DNA of 64,000 bases, taken from Rhodothermales bacterium. Lineage in GTDB: Bacteria > Bacteroidota > Rhodothermia > Rhodothermales > JANQRZ01. Made by a program: the position numbers and the translations under genes. The notes under the pieces are model-generated. The model was not told where the DNA came from and ran no database searches. It saw nothing but the letters and a program-made list of their open reading frames with translations. The DNA lies in assembly GCA_028284265.1 (NCBI GenBank), contig JANQRZ010000024.1, positions 64,132 to 128,131 on the forward strand. Direction: 5' to 3'. Every line of letters begins with the position of its first letter. The first letter of the stretch is position 1. Shown here in pieces: positions 23,101 through 30,205 of this stretch.

Positions 23101-25191
23101 AGTATCACCCCCCAAGACGGGCAGTGGCCGCGTTGGCAGTACCGCTACGAGTACGACGGGCTCGGGCGTTTGGCCAACGCCAAGTATCATGAGTACCGGC
23201 AGCCGCCTTCGACTGGCTACGATCCACCTGAGATGACCGGTCTGCAAGAGGGACCCATCGTCTATGATGCCAATGGCAACATTACGGCGCTTCAGAGACG
23301 GGTGCCAGCCGCATCGGGTGGAGCAAGTGTGATCGACGATCTCACCTACAGCTACACGCCCGGGACGAACCGGCTAAGTGGCCTCGGGGAGGCGGCCGGT
23401 GGATCGTCTCCGCCTTGGGACGCGGAGGCCATGTCGCTCAGCTACGACCCCAACGGGAACGTCACCGTCATGGACAGCGGCGGGGAGCAAACCTCGTTTG
23501 CGAAGTACGACGAGCGCAACTTGCCGCTCAGGGTGACGACGCCGGATGACCTAAACGTTCACTACCGCTACGACGCCAGCGGTCAGCGGATCGGTCTTCA
23601 GGTCAACACCGTGGGCTTCAACGCAGGCTCTGGGGGGACCGACCCACACTACAAGGTAGAGCGCTACGCACGTTCTGGGGCCAACCTCGTGGGCACCTTC
23701 GATGGCGAGGGCAACCTCCTGCATTGGAATATGCAGGGCGGCCCCGGCGGCCCCATTGGGCGCATCTACCCGACGAGTGTCACCATCGCGCTCGTCCGCG
23801 AGGTGGCCGAGCAGCGCATCCGCGACACCCTCGCCGTCTACAGCCAGACGTATGTAGCTGAGGGTCTCGCCCACGCAGGACTCGCACAGGCGGAGGCCGA
23901 CAGTCTTGCAGCCGTTGGAGCGACGAGCACCGACGCGGCTTTCGACTCCGGCGTGGTGCCGTCGGTCGATGTGGTGGTAGACACGACGCAGGCGCAGGCC
24001 AATCAGGCCGGGCAGGCGTACTACGCGGCGGTACTGACTGCGACGGAGGATGCGCTCCGGGGAACGCTTGTCGGGGCAGGCTACGCGCAGGGCGTGGCGG
24101 ACTCACTCGCGGCCATCTCAGCGGCGGAGGCGGCTGCGCGGGCAACAAGCAGCGTGCAACAGGTGATCGCGGCGGCGCAGCAGTACCCGGTCGGGGGAAC
24201 GTATCTGGAGCGCTCGTACTACGTGAAGGATCACCTGGGGTCGGTACGGGCGACGGTGAGCCAGTACGGTTCGGTGCGCGAGGCGCGGGACTACTACCCG
24301 TTCGGGCTCGAAATGCCGGGGCGCGTGTGGGTCAGTGGGAGTGAGACGAGGGAAGGCTTCACGGGGCACGAGTTGGATGTGGAGACGGGGCACTACTACG
24401 CCGGGGCGAGGTACTACATGCCTGCGCTCGGTAGGTGGACGACGACCGATCCAATGAATGAGTATGCCTCACCGTACATCTATGTGGGCAACAACCCGAT
24501 CAGTTTGGTCGATCCCACAGGGATGTATAGTGACGACGGGTGGCTGGATCAACAGCAGGAACAGCTCAACAGCCGGATTGGGATTAGTGGCGGAGGTGGA
24601 GATTGTCCTGATGGGACGCCTCCGCCTTGTGAAGATTCTGAAGGCGAAAAGGGTATTGGTGATAAAATTAAAGACGGTTTAACTGCTGTTGCAGTATCTG
24701 CGATTGGGATAGGAGAAGACGGTGTCGACGCTGCATCTAGATTAAGTGGTCGAGCCTTAGAAAGTGTTAAGAACCGTGCCGCTCGCTTCTCAGTTGCAAG
24801 TCGGGAGGCAGCAGAGGATATTTTGTATAGTATAGAGCGAGCCAAGGCGTCTCGATTAAACGGTTTGGCGAGAGGAACTCAAGCCTTGGGTGTCGTGGTT
24901 ATTGTTGTGGACGGTGTAATAGCGTTTGAAAGGGCTGGGGATTATCTAGAACAAGGAAGACATGTAGAGGCTATCGGCGAGGTGGTCGAATTTGGTGGAA
25001 ACACATTAGGAGGCGTAGGTGGAGCTGGGCTAGGTTTCGGGTTCGGAATGCTGATTACATCAGGTTCAGCTGGAACGGGTGCACCTGTGATAGTTCCCTT
25101 GACTCTCGGTGGCGGTTACATCGGTGGACAGCTAGGAACCCCTTTGAGAAGTGGTACTGAACGATTGTTACGATCATTTGGACTTGAGTAA
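17173..25191 (+). CDS. Giant Rhs/YD-repeat polymorphic toxin 1 (SpvB/TcB-like N-terminus, Rhs cocoon, variable C-terminal toxin)
   Basis: The signal peptide is MVTAKIVGRTRRACWVLIALVATYPVNVLAQG. An SpvB-like motif (PVMNIPGRGGLDFDVTLSYRSG...GLGWSF) lies at 17353-17503. There are many YD repeats, for example YTYDSAGRMLSQRTPDAGTTTYGYDEHSRMRYSQD. The Rhs core YYVKDHLGSVRA...YYPFGLEM...GFTGHELDVETGHYYAGARYYMPALGRWTTTDP ends at DPTGM (24511-24525). Confidence 0.9.
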   Translation: MVTAKIVGRTRRACWVLIALVATYPVNVLAQGIEALNGYGVQPEVHHFARPQTAGVDAYGDLNLQVPVMNIPGRGGLDFDVTLSYRSGIKTTQRASWVGLGWSFDPGSITRSPNGGASMNSTFYNVDFAEPTQYLQDTYYLTLPGRGTTEMIRRHNFLPATPSPWTGGDLDPNGFSLASWRPWRVEYFAEEAGYNLIDVNDLDPTVGCAAEVADYLKAGKLTYVGSSGDPPWEDKEEFSHFVVTTEDGTRYVFAAPTLSTFVAGMPPNHTGVDYQSLEYYVGAWRLVAILGNDYAWNGALNTIPSRANNNLDEPGRWVAFEYSLAQGLLSSRSGNTVYPDSWRHVEHARYLQEIITPTHYAKFEVSASVFYDGGCTSGVNPVARGEHRSQLNGIKLYKRGPDGQLEMPDHLIKEVRLGFDNTLHCSPATCAGANPTHTTLSEVYEIDRAGNALPGYSFDYGANVPGWNPDPEELQDFYSTGNTIHAISDHFRYFNRGGGEPYDHVGRHYFDTDATDARAWSLRKVTFPTGAWEQYDYENDQIDELLYQEPPDSGCGSQCPVQNFTNIPFYRYDSDWEGYVAGQEAYSFNVTWPPGTIDRFEERYRQGGVRVTSITRPGSDESGTSQVTQYEYGPGNATGIPSGFWQEFQRDYSDYIFTPPSRGKDAVIYDSVKEIKPDGTERYREFLTYRKYDIFTPVIGDQYSTPRRVSSVFFRDEADPNYITVIQGNEHLNWGSVLYETNSYWGGASSNRMTRRYSWHDHRIYAGAPVWPPAGQNQGGQPDEARTPFAGWMHAGLLLEEHEFDGYEFQFPESDIWSTQTGGAMHRGAWYEYDQGNNPNNGSFLLKRKIETVSLPSDFDFSSDWQRQLRVTDYTRAYESYASVDPLQNPFFVSGNLAAVAQETVSDARVGWQDQINVWDDISHPMASVTPMTSVVTTWSNTLGVASWKPSESYVWLKENSGELAHYWSSSVYPTDWTGGSAGGDWLLQEKNVGFDQHGQVTSRTVGGVDLLLEYGGWKNTELHKVTAGSGSETVSRTLYYDSETGLLNEVLDDNVEGPSFAYDESLRLAETLDAEGRVTAAHNYHLRGEGGIVSSAPSHAETVVYANGNLIRNGSFELAERNGCQPSGAAQAWTMGGATLQCYRTDAALGVSYAETTSSTAITQSVTVEPGREYVVVVFFGGAGAQGRLLLADGSGSASGIEVLDSDGDLTEGQLSGWHTLTEGGGQSGAWRMRWARVRPTVSTMQVGLAREGGGGALRIDAVAVTPIHEGYDPEQDDDRYLDLAYPSVAVGYTNRWGETVQTVTAEGPYAISEETTQHQTLDVLGAVTKAWLPVRGEYGTSVIGAYGTEAQVGARASTYYSGSHVDDGVPVPGAGGVPFAEQEYYQDLHRMPKLSRPPGDDFSDDETRFEHVVAGVSVEDGRVRTELGRVEDPDGRITHTYVDSEGKEWMRRQVGSSDQLPEDSKVLHNYVDGANYQTCGAPREAAPETGLPQRTPVSGPCPVIEEVTVQLRQAIEYEVHLEVGGLTNAGLVIAEVNVYEEDAGTSWPYYHPILVMRETVSNEVSEACSETYDGTQSPQIDNCRYALKTGFVLARPGKRYIFEANTLITTDDDHTVEKHARVDAIVRYYAGDLASGVTRPFTETESEYDFNGNLTVVRPPNYFEPPSGTDSDYETRYTYDSAGRMLSQRTPDAGTTTYGYDEHSRMRYSQDANQAAANSGAGEFMLYCYDSVGRISRQGLVDVLPPAGTCPGETDQSVDWRLINRYDEAVNLSDAPFNGCNAGCASFESQLENTAGRLVASAHKSNGQWQATFYSYDADGRVVIEAKRADGAAPEWDYHRFAYDASGKVVWTNVDIGDHELTHYYTYDRRGLLHRSYVSSQASMPSRPAEPDAEYTYDVAGRMAKVGLRKTNGGSFRVLTPYTYDIQGRLVAIGGIDKDPWASSAPFSSRYTYSAAGLIERGDYLTPDAVQYASSITPQDGQWPRWQYRYEYDGLGRLANAKYHEYRQPPSTGYDPPEMTGLQEGPIVYDANGNITALQRRVPAASGGASVIDDLTYSYTPGTNRLSGLGEAAGGSSPPWDAEAMSLSYDPNGNVTVMDSGGEQTSFAKYDERNLPLRVTTPDDLNVHYRYDASGQRIGLQVNTVGFNAGSGGTDPHYKVERYARSGANLVGTFDGEGNLLHWNMQGGPGGPIGRIYPTSVTIALVREVAEQRIRDTLAVYSQTYVAEGLAHAGLAQAEADSLAAVGATSTDAAFDSGVVPSVDVVVDTTQAQANQAGQAYYAAVLTATEDALRGTLVGAGYAQGVADSLAAISAAEAAARATSSVQQVIAAAQQYPVGGTYLERSYYVKDHLGSVRATVSQYGSVREARDYYPFGLEMPGRVWVSGSETREGFTGHELDVETGHYYAGARYYMPALGRWTTTDPMNEYASPYIYVGNNPISLVDPTGMYSDDGWLDQQQEQLNSRIGISGGGGDCPDGTPPPCEDSEGEKGIGDKIKDGLTAVAVSAIGIGEDGVDAASRLSGRALESVKNRAARFSVASREAAEDILYSIERAKASRLNGLARGTQALGVVVIVVDGVIAFERAGDYLEQGRHVEAIGEVVEFGGNTLGGVGGAGLGFGFGMLITSGSAGTGAPVIVPLTLGGGYIGGQLGTPLRSGTERLLRSFGLE
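24526..25188 (+). other. Variable C-terminal toxin domain of Rhs1 (glycine-zipper/hydrophobic, putative membrane-disrupting)
   Basis: This is the 221 aa after the DPTGM cleavage-type motif, where the DNA turns AT-rich. Hydrophobic Gly-rich tracts are ALGVVVIVVDGVIAF and LGGVGGAGLGFGFGMLITSGSAGTGAPVIVPLTLGGGYIGGQLG. Confidence 0.55.
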
Positions 25192-25259
25192 TGGGTGTTT
25201 AGGAATCATTATGTACGATCACCATGCTTGTTGATTTTTTATCATAATGATTATGAGAC

Positions 25260-25847
25260 ATGACACCTGTAGGAAGTTGTAATTTAGGCTGTACGAAGAT
25301 CACCGCGCCAAAGCCGATGCCTAATAGAAGACATGCTTATCATGGTGAAAACCATGTGGAGTTGAGGATCAAAAAGATTGTAATATCACTTTGGATTTTT
25401 ATGATATTACTTGGAATGTACATCTTGATTTCTGATGGCGATCGCATTGGGAATATGGTGCCTAGCTATGTGATTCTGTTGCTGTTTTTGATGTTTGCTA
25501 TTGCTCTGCTCCAGCCTATTATTACGTATCGCGTACTGCTTAATGATAGGGGCATTCATGTGAAATGGGTTCTGGGTGCAAAAAAATGTAAGTATCTTTA
25601 CAGGCGTAAAGCGTCTTGGGAAAGCGTAAAGGAATTGTCTGTATTAAACATAGGGCTAAAGCCTATGGTGCTCAATTCCATTATCATCCATTGTGTTGGT
25701 GATGTGGAGAATGTCAGTTTTGCGCTGAATAACATGCTTGTTGACTTTCGATGTGGCGCTAAGTATGTGCTAGAAAACGCAAAAACAAAAAAAATAGACT
25801 CGAGAATCATAGACTCCTATTATAACTACACATCAAGATCGGATTAG
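25260..25847 (+). CDS. Putative cognate immunity protein 1 (two-TM membrane protein with small C-terminal domain)
   Basis: The gene lies 68 nt after the Rhs1 stop on the same strand and is very AT-rich: line 25381-25440 is 18/60 G+C by hand count. TM helices are IVISLWIFMILLGMYILI and YVILLLFLMFAIALLQPII. The architecture resembles membrane-flanked bPH/DUF304-type proteins (from memory). The start is uncertain; an alternative ATG is at 25317. Confidence 0.55.
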   Translation: MTPVGSCNLGCTKITAPKPMPNRRHAYHGENHVELRIKKIVISLWIFMILLGMYILISDGDRIGNMVPSYVILLLFLMFAIALLQPIITYRVLLNDRGIHVKWVLGAKKCKYLYRRKASWESVKELSVLNIGLKPMVLNSIIIHCVGDVENVSFALNNMLVDFRCGAKYVLENAKTKKIDSRIIDSYYNYTSRSD

Positions 25848-26207
25848 CCTACCTTTCCAGAGGCTAGAGGCTCTAGCGAGCATCGTAAGATGATTTCGCT
25901 TCTTCTTGTGTTTCATACTCGTTGATCTGCCCTCCGAGGCCAGCCAGCGTCTCGCACAGGATGTGCAAGCAGTCACTCGGTGTGAGGTTCAACCTTTTCA
26001 TCGGGTGCTCTACCCTAGGCAGGGGCTGGATTGAGTTCCAGTCTGGCTTTTCCGTGTCGATTCTGGTTCAAGGGAAGAGAAAAGCTCTTGAGTCGTATCA
26101 TTTCGCAGCGCCGGACCTAGGGTTTAGATATTTTCCTTGACTAAAGTATCCTCCATCACGAGCCGTCTTCTGTTCAGCGGCCAACACGGTTAGTAGGATC
26201 ATCGCGC

Positions 26208-28406
26208 GTGACCGACCCCACAGGAAACCATAGAGCTGCACCGTACTCACGCACACGGTGGGTCCGTTCGGCACGCCTTGGTGCCGCATTTACATTCATC
26301 TTCCTCTCGCTAGCTGTCCTCCCGACTCCGGCGGCCCAAGCTCAAGACACTCCGCCCGGTGAACCGGCGGAACCCCTGCCGGGTGTTCCAGAGATCCGCG
26401 TCAACCGGGGCGGGCGGCTTCCGGCGGCAGCCTTCGACCAGATCCAGGCGATCAACTTCAAGAACACCGACCTGCGGGACATCTTCCGGGCGGTCGCCGA
26501 GGAGTCCGGCCTAAACCTCGTCATCGACGACCGTATTACCGAGCGCGCGACGGTCGCGCTCCGGGACCTCAGCGTGCTCGATGCGCTCGTCTTCCTGGCT
26601 GAAGAATACGAACTCTCGCTCATTCAGTCGGGCTCGGTTTTCCGCGTTCTGGTCCCGGACCCTGGGCCTCCGCCTCCTGCCCCTGTGCCGCGTCCGATAG
26701 ACGTTCTGTTCCGGGACGGCCTGATAACAGCGGACTTCCGGGGCGATCCGGTGGAGCGCGTCGTGCGTCTGCTGGCCGAGGCGACCGGCGAGACGATCCT
26801 CCTTTCGGCGGGCACCTCGGGCACGGTAAGCGGGCTGCTTCAGCGGGTCCCGTTCGAGACCGGACTCCGGCGGCTTCTCGAGACGAACGGGTTTGCCGTC
26901 CGGCTTGTAGACGGGGTCTACGTAGTGGACCAGGGGTTTCTCGCTTCGCCCGAGGAGCCGCCCGTCCCCGGAAGCTACGTCCGGGTGGACTCGACGGGCG
27001 TCGAGCTACGCCTGGAGCAGGCCGACGCCGCGCGTGTACTCCGGGAGCTGGCCCGCCAGTCCGGGGACGGGATCGTGACGTACTCTCTACCTCAGGGGCG
27101 AACCATAACCGCGAGCGCTGCCGGGCTTTCCGTGGAAGAGGCTCTCGGGGTTGTCCTGCGCGGGACCGGGATTTCGTTTCGGCGAGAGCCTACCCCGGAT
27201 GGGTCGCCGCTCTGGGTGGTCGGCAGCCGCGAAGGGGACGGAATCACAGCGACCGAACTGATCCGGCTTGGCTTCACGCGGGTCGATGGCGTGGAACCAC
27301 TGCTCCCCTCGGAACTCGCCGCCCGTGCCTCGGTCCAGGTCGTGCCCGAGCAAAACGCGCTCCTCGTCACCGGCTCCAACGATGCCATCGCCGAGGTTCG
27401 GGCCTTCGTCCGGGCGCTCGACTACCCGGCCCCGCAGATCCTGATCGAAGCACTGGTCGTCGACTACCTCGACACCGAGGCCACGCGCTTCGGCTTCACC
27501 TTCGGGCAGGGGAGTTTCGCAGGCGACTCTCTTCAAGCGCAGCGGGAGCGCGCCTACCGTCTTGACGGCCTCGGCGACGGTGCGTTCACGCTCGAAGGCG
27601 ACGGCGGCGACGTGAACTACGCGCTCCGCGAGGTGGAGGACTTCTTCGGGATCGGCTCCATCGGACGCCTCCCGGCAGACTTCTACTTCCGCATCGAGGC
27701 GCTTGCGCGCGAGGGGAAGCTCGAGATCCGGTCCCGCCCCCAGATCGCCACGCTCAGTGGCAACACCGCCTCGCTCTCGATTGGGACGACGCAGTACTTC
27801 ATTCTCGAGACCGAGAACCCGCTCCTCGGGCAGGGCCAGGTGGTGGTCCAGACCTCGGAGCGCTTCGAGAAAATCGAAGCCAACGTGAGCCTTGAGGTGA
27901 CGCCCTTCGTGAGTCAGACCGGCGAGGTGACGGTCAACATCAAGCCCGAGTTCTCGACGCCCGTTGGGCAGTTCCAGCCCGACGTGCCGCCGACGATATC
28001 GAGCCGAGTCTTCGAGTCGAACGTCCGGCTCCGCGACGGGGAGACGATCATCCTTGGTGGGCTGATCTCAGACGAGGAGGTGATCGACGACAACAAGATC
28101 CCGATACTCGGCGACATCCCGGTCCTCGGGTGGCTCTTCCGCAGCCGGGTGCGCTCGACGAGAAGGAGCGAGCTTGTGATCTACCTCACGCCGCACGTCT
28201 TTTACGGCGACGGGCGCGACCAGGACCGGTGGCGAGCACTCTCCGAGGAGTTGGAGCTTCACGACGAGGGCGTGTTCCTCGTACCGAGCGATCTCAAAGA
28301 AGGGGGCGACCCTGAAGAGAGGGTTGACATGGTGGATGATGCGGAGCCGGACGACGAAATGGTGCCAGAGGACGAGGAGGTAGACGATTCGGGAGGGCAT
28401 CCGTGA
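26208..28406 (+). CDS. Secretin (GspD/PilQ family outer-membrane channel)
   Basis: The protein has a signal peptide (...LAVLPTPAAQAQ) and an N-domain motif INFKNTDLRDIFRAVAEESGLNLVIDD. The C-terminal secretin core reads NVRLRDGETIILGGLI...IPILGDIPVLGWLFRSR...ELVIYLTPHV. The start is GTG and the C-terminal tail is acidic. Confidence 0.9.
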   Translation: MTDPTGNHRAAPYSRTRWVRSARLGAAFTFIFLSLAVLPTPAAQAQDTPPGEPAEPLPGVPEIRVNRGGRLPAAAFDQIQAINFKNTDLRDIFRAVAEESGLNLVIDDRITERATVALRDLSVLDALVFLAEEYELSLIQSGSVFRVLVPDPGPPPPAPVPRPIDVLFRDGLITADFRGDPVERVVRLLAEATGETILLSAGTSGTVSGLLQRVPFETGLRRLLETNGFAVRLVDGVYVVDQGFLASPEEPPVPGSYVRVDSTGVELRLEQADAARVLRELARQSGDGIVTYSLPQGRTITASAAGLSVEEALGVVLRGTGISFRREPTPDGSPLWVVGSREGDGITATELIRLGFTRVDGVEPLLPSELAARASVQVVPEQNALLVTGSNDAIAEVRAFVRALDYPAPQILIEALVVDYLDTEATRFGFTFGQGSFAGDSLQAQRERAYRLDGLGDGAFTLEGDGGDVNYALREVEDFFGIGSIGRLPADFYFRIEALAREGKLEIRSRPQIATLSGNTASLSIGTTQYFILETENPLLGQGQVVVQTSERFEKIEANVSLEVTPFVSQTGEVTVNIKPEFSTPVGQFQPDVPPTISSRVFESNVRLRDGETIILGGLISDEEVIDDNKIPILGDIPVLGWLFRSRVRSTRRSELVIYLTPHVFYGDGRDQDRWRALSEELELHDEGVFLVPSDLKEGGDPEERVDMVDDAEPDDEMVPEDEEVDDSGGHP

Positions 28407-28481
28407 CATTCCCCACTCCGACGGATCACGAGGGGTGCAGTGTGGTGCCCCGGCGGTACACGGCCCAGCGCGGAGTACGCG

Positions 28482-30023
28482 ATGCGAGCGGCTGACCTTC
28501 TGCGGGTGCCCTACCTTCAGCGCGTCGGCGTCGGGCTCCACATCGGGCCCCGCGCAGTGCGCTGGGTGGAACTCTCGCGCTCCTTCGCTGGGGTGCCTGG
28601 CCTAGAGTCCTCCTTAGGACGGCTCCGGCTCCGGCGCTCCGAGGTCGAGCCGGTGGAAGGCGGGCAGCACGAGGCTGCGCTTGAGCGCCTCATGGCCCGC
28701 GTCCAGCCCGCCTCCCCGTTCGTCCACACGCACGTTGACCCGGAGCACGTCCGGGTCCACTTCGAGACGGCCCCTGCGTTTGAGGACGACGAGGATCTCG
28801 CCGCGTGGCTTGCCGAGCGACCGTCGCGGTATGTACCAGCAGGCAGCACCGCGTCTGAGTTCATCGCCCGGACGGCCGTCGTGTCGAGGCATCCGCCGGG
28901 GGACTCAGAAGGCGCGCGGTGTCTCATCTCGCTTGCCCGGCGCGAGGCGGTCGAGGAGCGGGCGGCCATGCTGGAGCGCGTAGGACTCGTTCCGCTTAGA
29001 ATAGGAACCGGTATCGTGGAGGTAGGCTCGGCCTTTGCTTTCGACCCGGACTATGAGGCAAGCGAGCCGGTCGTGGTACACGTCTGGGACGACGCTGCTG
29101 GGGATGAGGCAGCGACGGCCCTGCAAACGCGGCGGGCGATGCCGTATGATTTGGCAGTTCTTCCAGGTGTGCTCTCGGCTGGCCTGCCGCTAGACGGTCT
29201 GGTGTCGGAGATAGAGGCGCACTTTGGTGGGGCACTTCGGCTTGCCTCCCCAGACCGCGAGGGCGAGCGGGGTACCGTCTGGATCACCGGAGCGGTGGAA
29301 CGGAGCGGTCTAGCCAGTGGGGGGTACGCAGGTGCCCAGCGTCCTCGCATCATGCGGCCTCTGGCGACAGTCCTAAAAGGGAGGGTGGTTCCGGCGGATT
29401 CCGTTCTAGCAGCCTCCCTTGCGACTGAGGCCCTATACCCGGAACTCGCCCTGATGGACGTGCAGCGCACGGCTCAGACCGAGGAGGCCGAAACCGAGCA
29501 CGAGAAGCAGGAGGCCTACCGGGCCGTGCTTGGCCTCGGGGTGTTGGTACTCGCACTCCTCATTCTCTCAGGCGCGGCTGGGTGGATGCTCCAAACTAAA
29601 GTCGACGAAGTCCGGGTCTCGGTGGCGAGTCAGTCGGGTGAACTGGCAGAGCTTGCCACGGCGCGCAGGATGCAGGAACGACTGAGGGCCGACCTCGCTG
29701 TAGGGCGCGCGCTGGTCCACGAGCGAACCGTAGCCGCGGTCGTGCTTGAAGCTGTGGGGCAGGCTGTCCCAGACGAGATGGAACTCAGCAGCATCCAGTT
29801 TGAAACATCGCCCGGCGGCGATGTGGTTGTTGCCCTCTCCGGGTGGACAGCGACCCCTGCTGGGGTTCGGGACCTCATCGAGCGCCTCGAAGCAGACGAG
29901 CGGTTCTCTGGGGTTCGCTTGCTTTCCACCGAGCGCCTAGATGGAAGTCAAGCTGAACGCGAGACGGGACGCTCAATATCTGTGACCGTATTCTCACTTT
30001 CTGTAGTCTACCGTCGCTCGTAG
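28482..30023 (+). CDS. PilM-like / PilN-like fusion protein (pilus or T2SS inner-membrane assembly component)
   Basis: An N-terminal ~350 aa soluble region has a PilM-like layout. It is followed by one TM helix (AVLGLGVLVLALLILSGAAGWML) and a PilN-like periplasmic tail (ELSSIQFETSPGGDVVVALSGWTATPAGVRDLIERL). The assignment rests on architecture and gene context. An alternative GTG start is at 28440. Confidence 0.6.
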   Translation: MRAADLLRVPYLQRVGVGLHIGPRAVRWVELSRSFAGVPGLESSLGRLRLRRSEVEPVEGGQHEAALERLMARVQPASPFVHTHVDPEHVRVHFETAPAFEDDEDLAAWLAERPSRYVPAGSTASEFIARTAVVSRHPPGDSEGARCLISLARREAVEERAAMLERVGLVPLRIGTGIVEVGSAFAFDPDYEASEPVVVHVWDDAAGDEAATALQTRRAMPYDLAVLPGVLSAGLPLDGLVSEIEAHFGGALRLASPDREGERGTVWITGAVERSGLASGGYAGAQRPRIMRPLATVLKGRVVPADSVLAASLATEALYPELALMDVQRTAQTEEAETEHEKQEAYRAVLGLGVLVLALLILSGAAGWMLQTKVDEVRVSVASQSGELAELATARRMQERLRADLAVGRALVHERTVAAVVLEAVGQAVPDEMELSSIQFETSPGGDVVVALSGWTATPAGVRDLIERLEADERFSGVRLLSTERLDGSQAERETGRSISVTVFSLSVVYRRS

Positions 30024-30205
30024 GGTTTGCGACACAAGGGGAGTAGGTAGAGAGCCTCTACAAGATTCGGCCTACGCCGTAAGTGAGTGAACTGGTGCAT
30101 TTCTGGGACCCCTATTGATTAGTTGCATTCCTAACCCGTATCTAACAAACGGCTCCTCCTGCAAACACGCCTGTTTGGCTCTGGCAAATAACCCCGCTTG
30201 AGATT

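Noticed and set aside
25877-26140. Small ORFs in the immunity-1/secretin spacer: 72 aa on the plus strand at 25922..26140, and a hand-found 42-aa minus-strand ORF MKRLNLTPSDCLHILCETLAGLGGQINEYETQEEAKSSYDAR
   Set aside because: They have no recognisable motif, no ribosome-binding context and no supporting gene neighbourhood. They could be remnants, but the sequence alone cannot support that.
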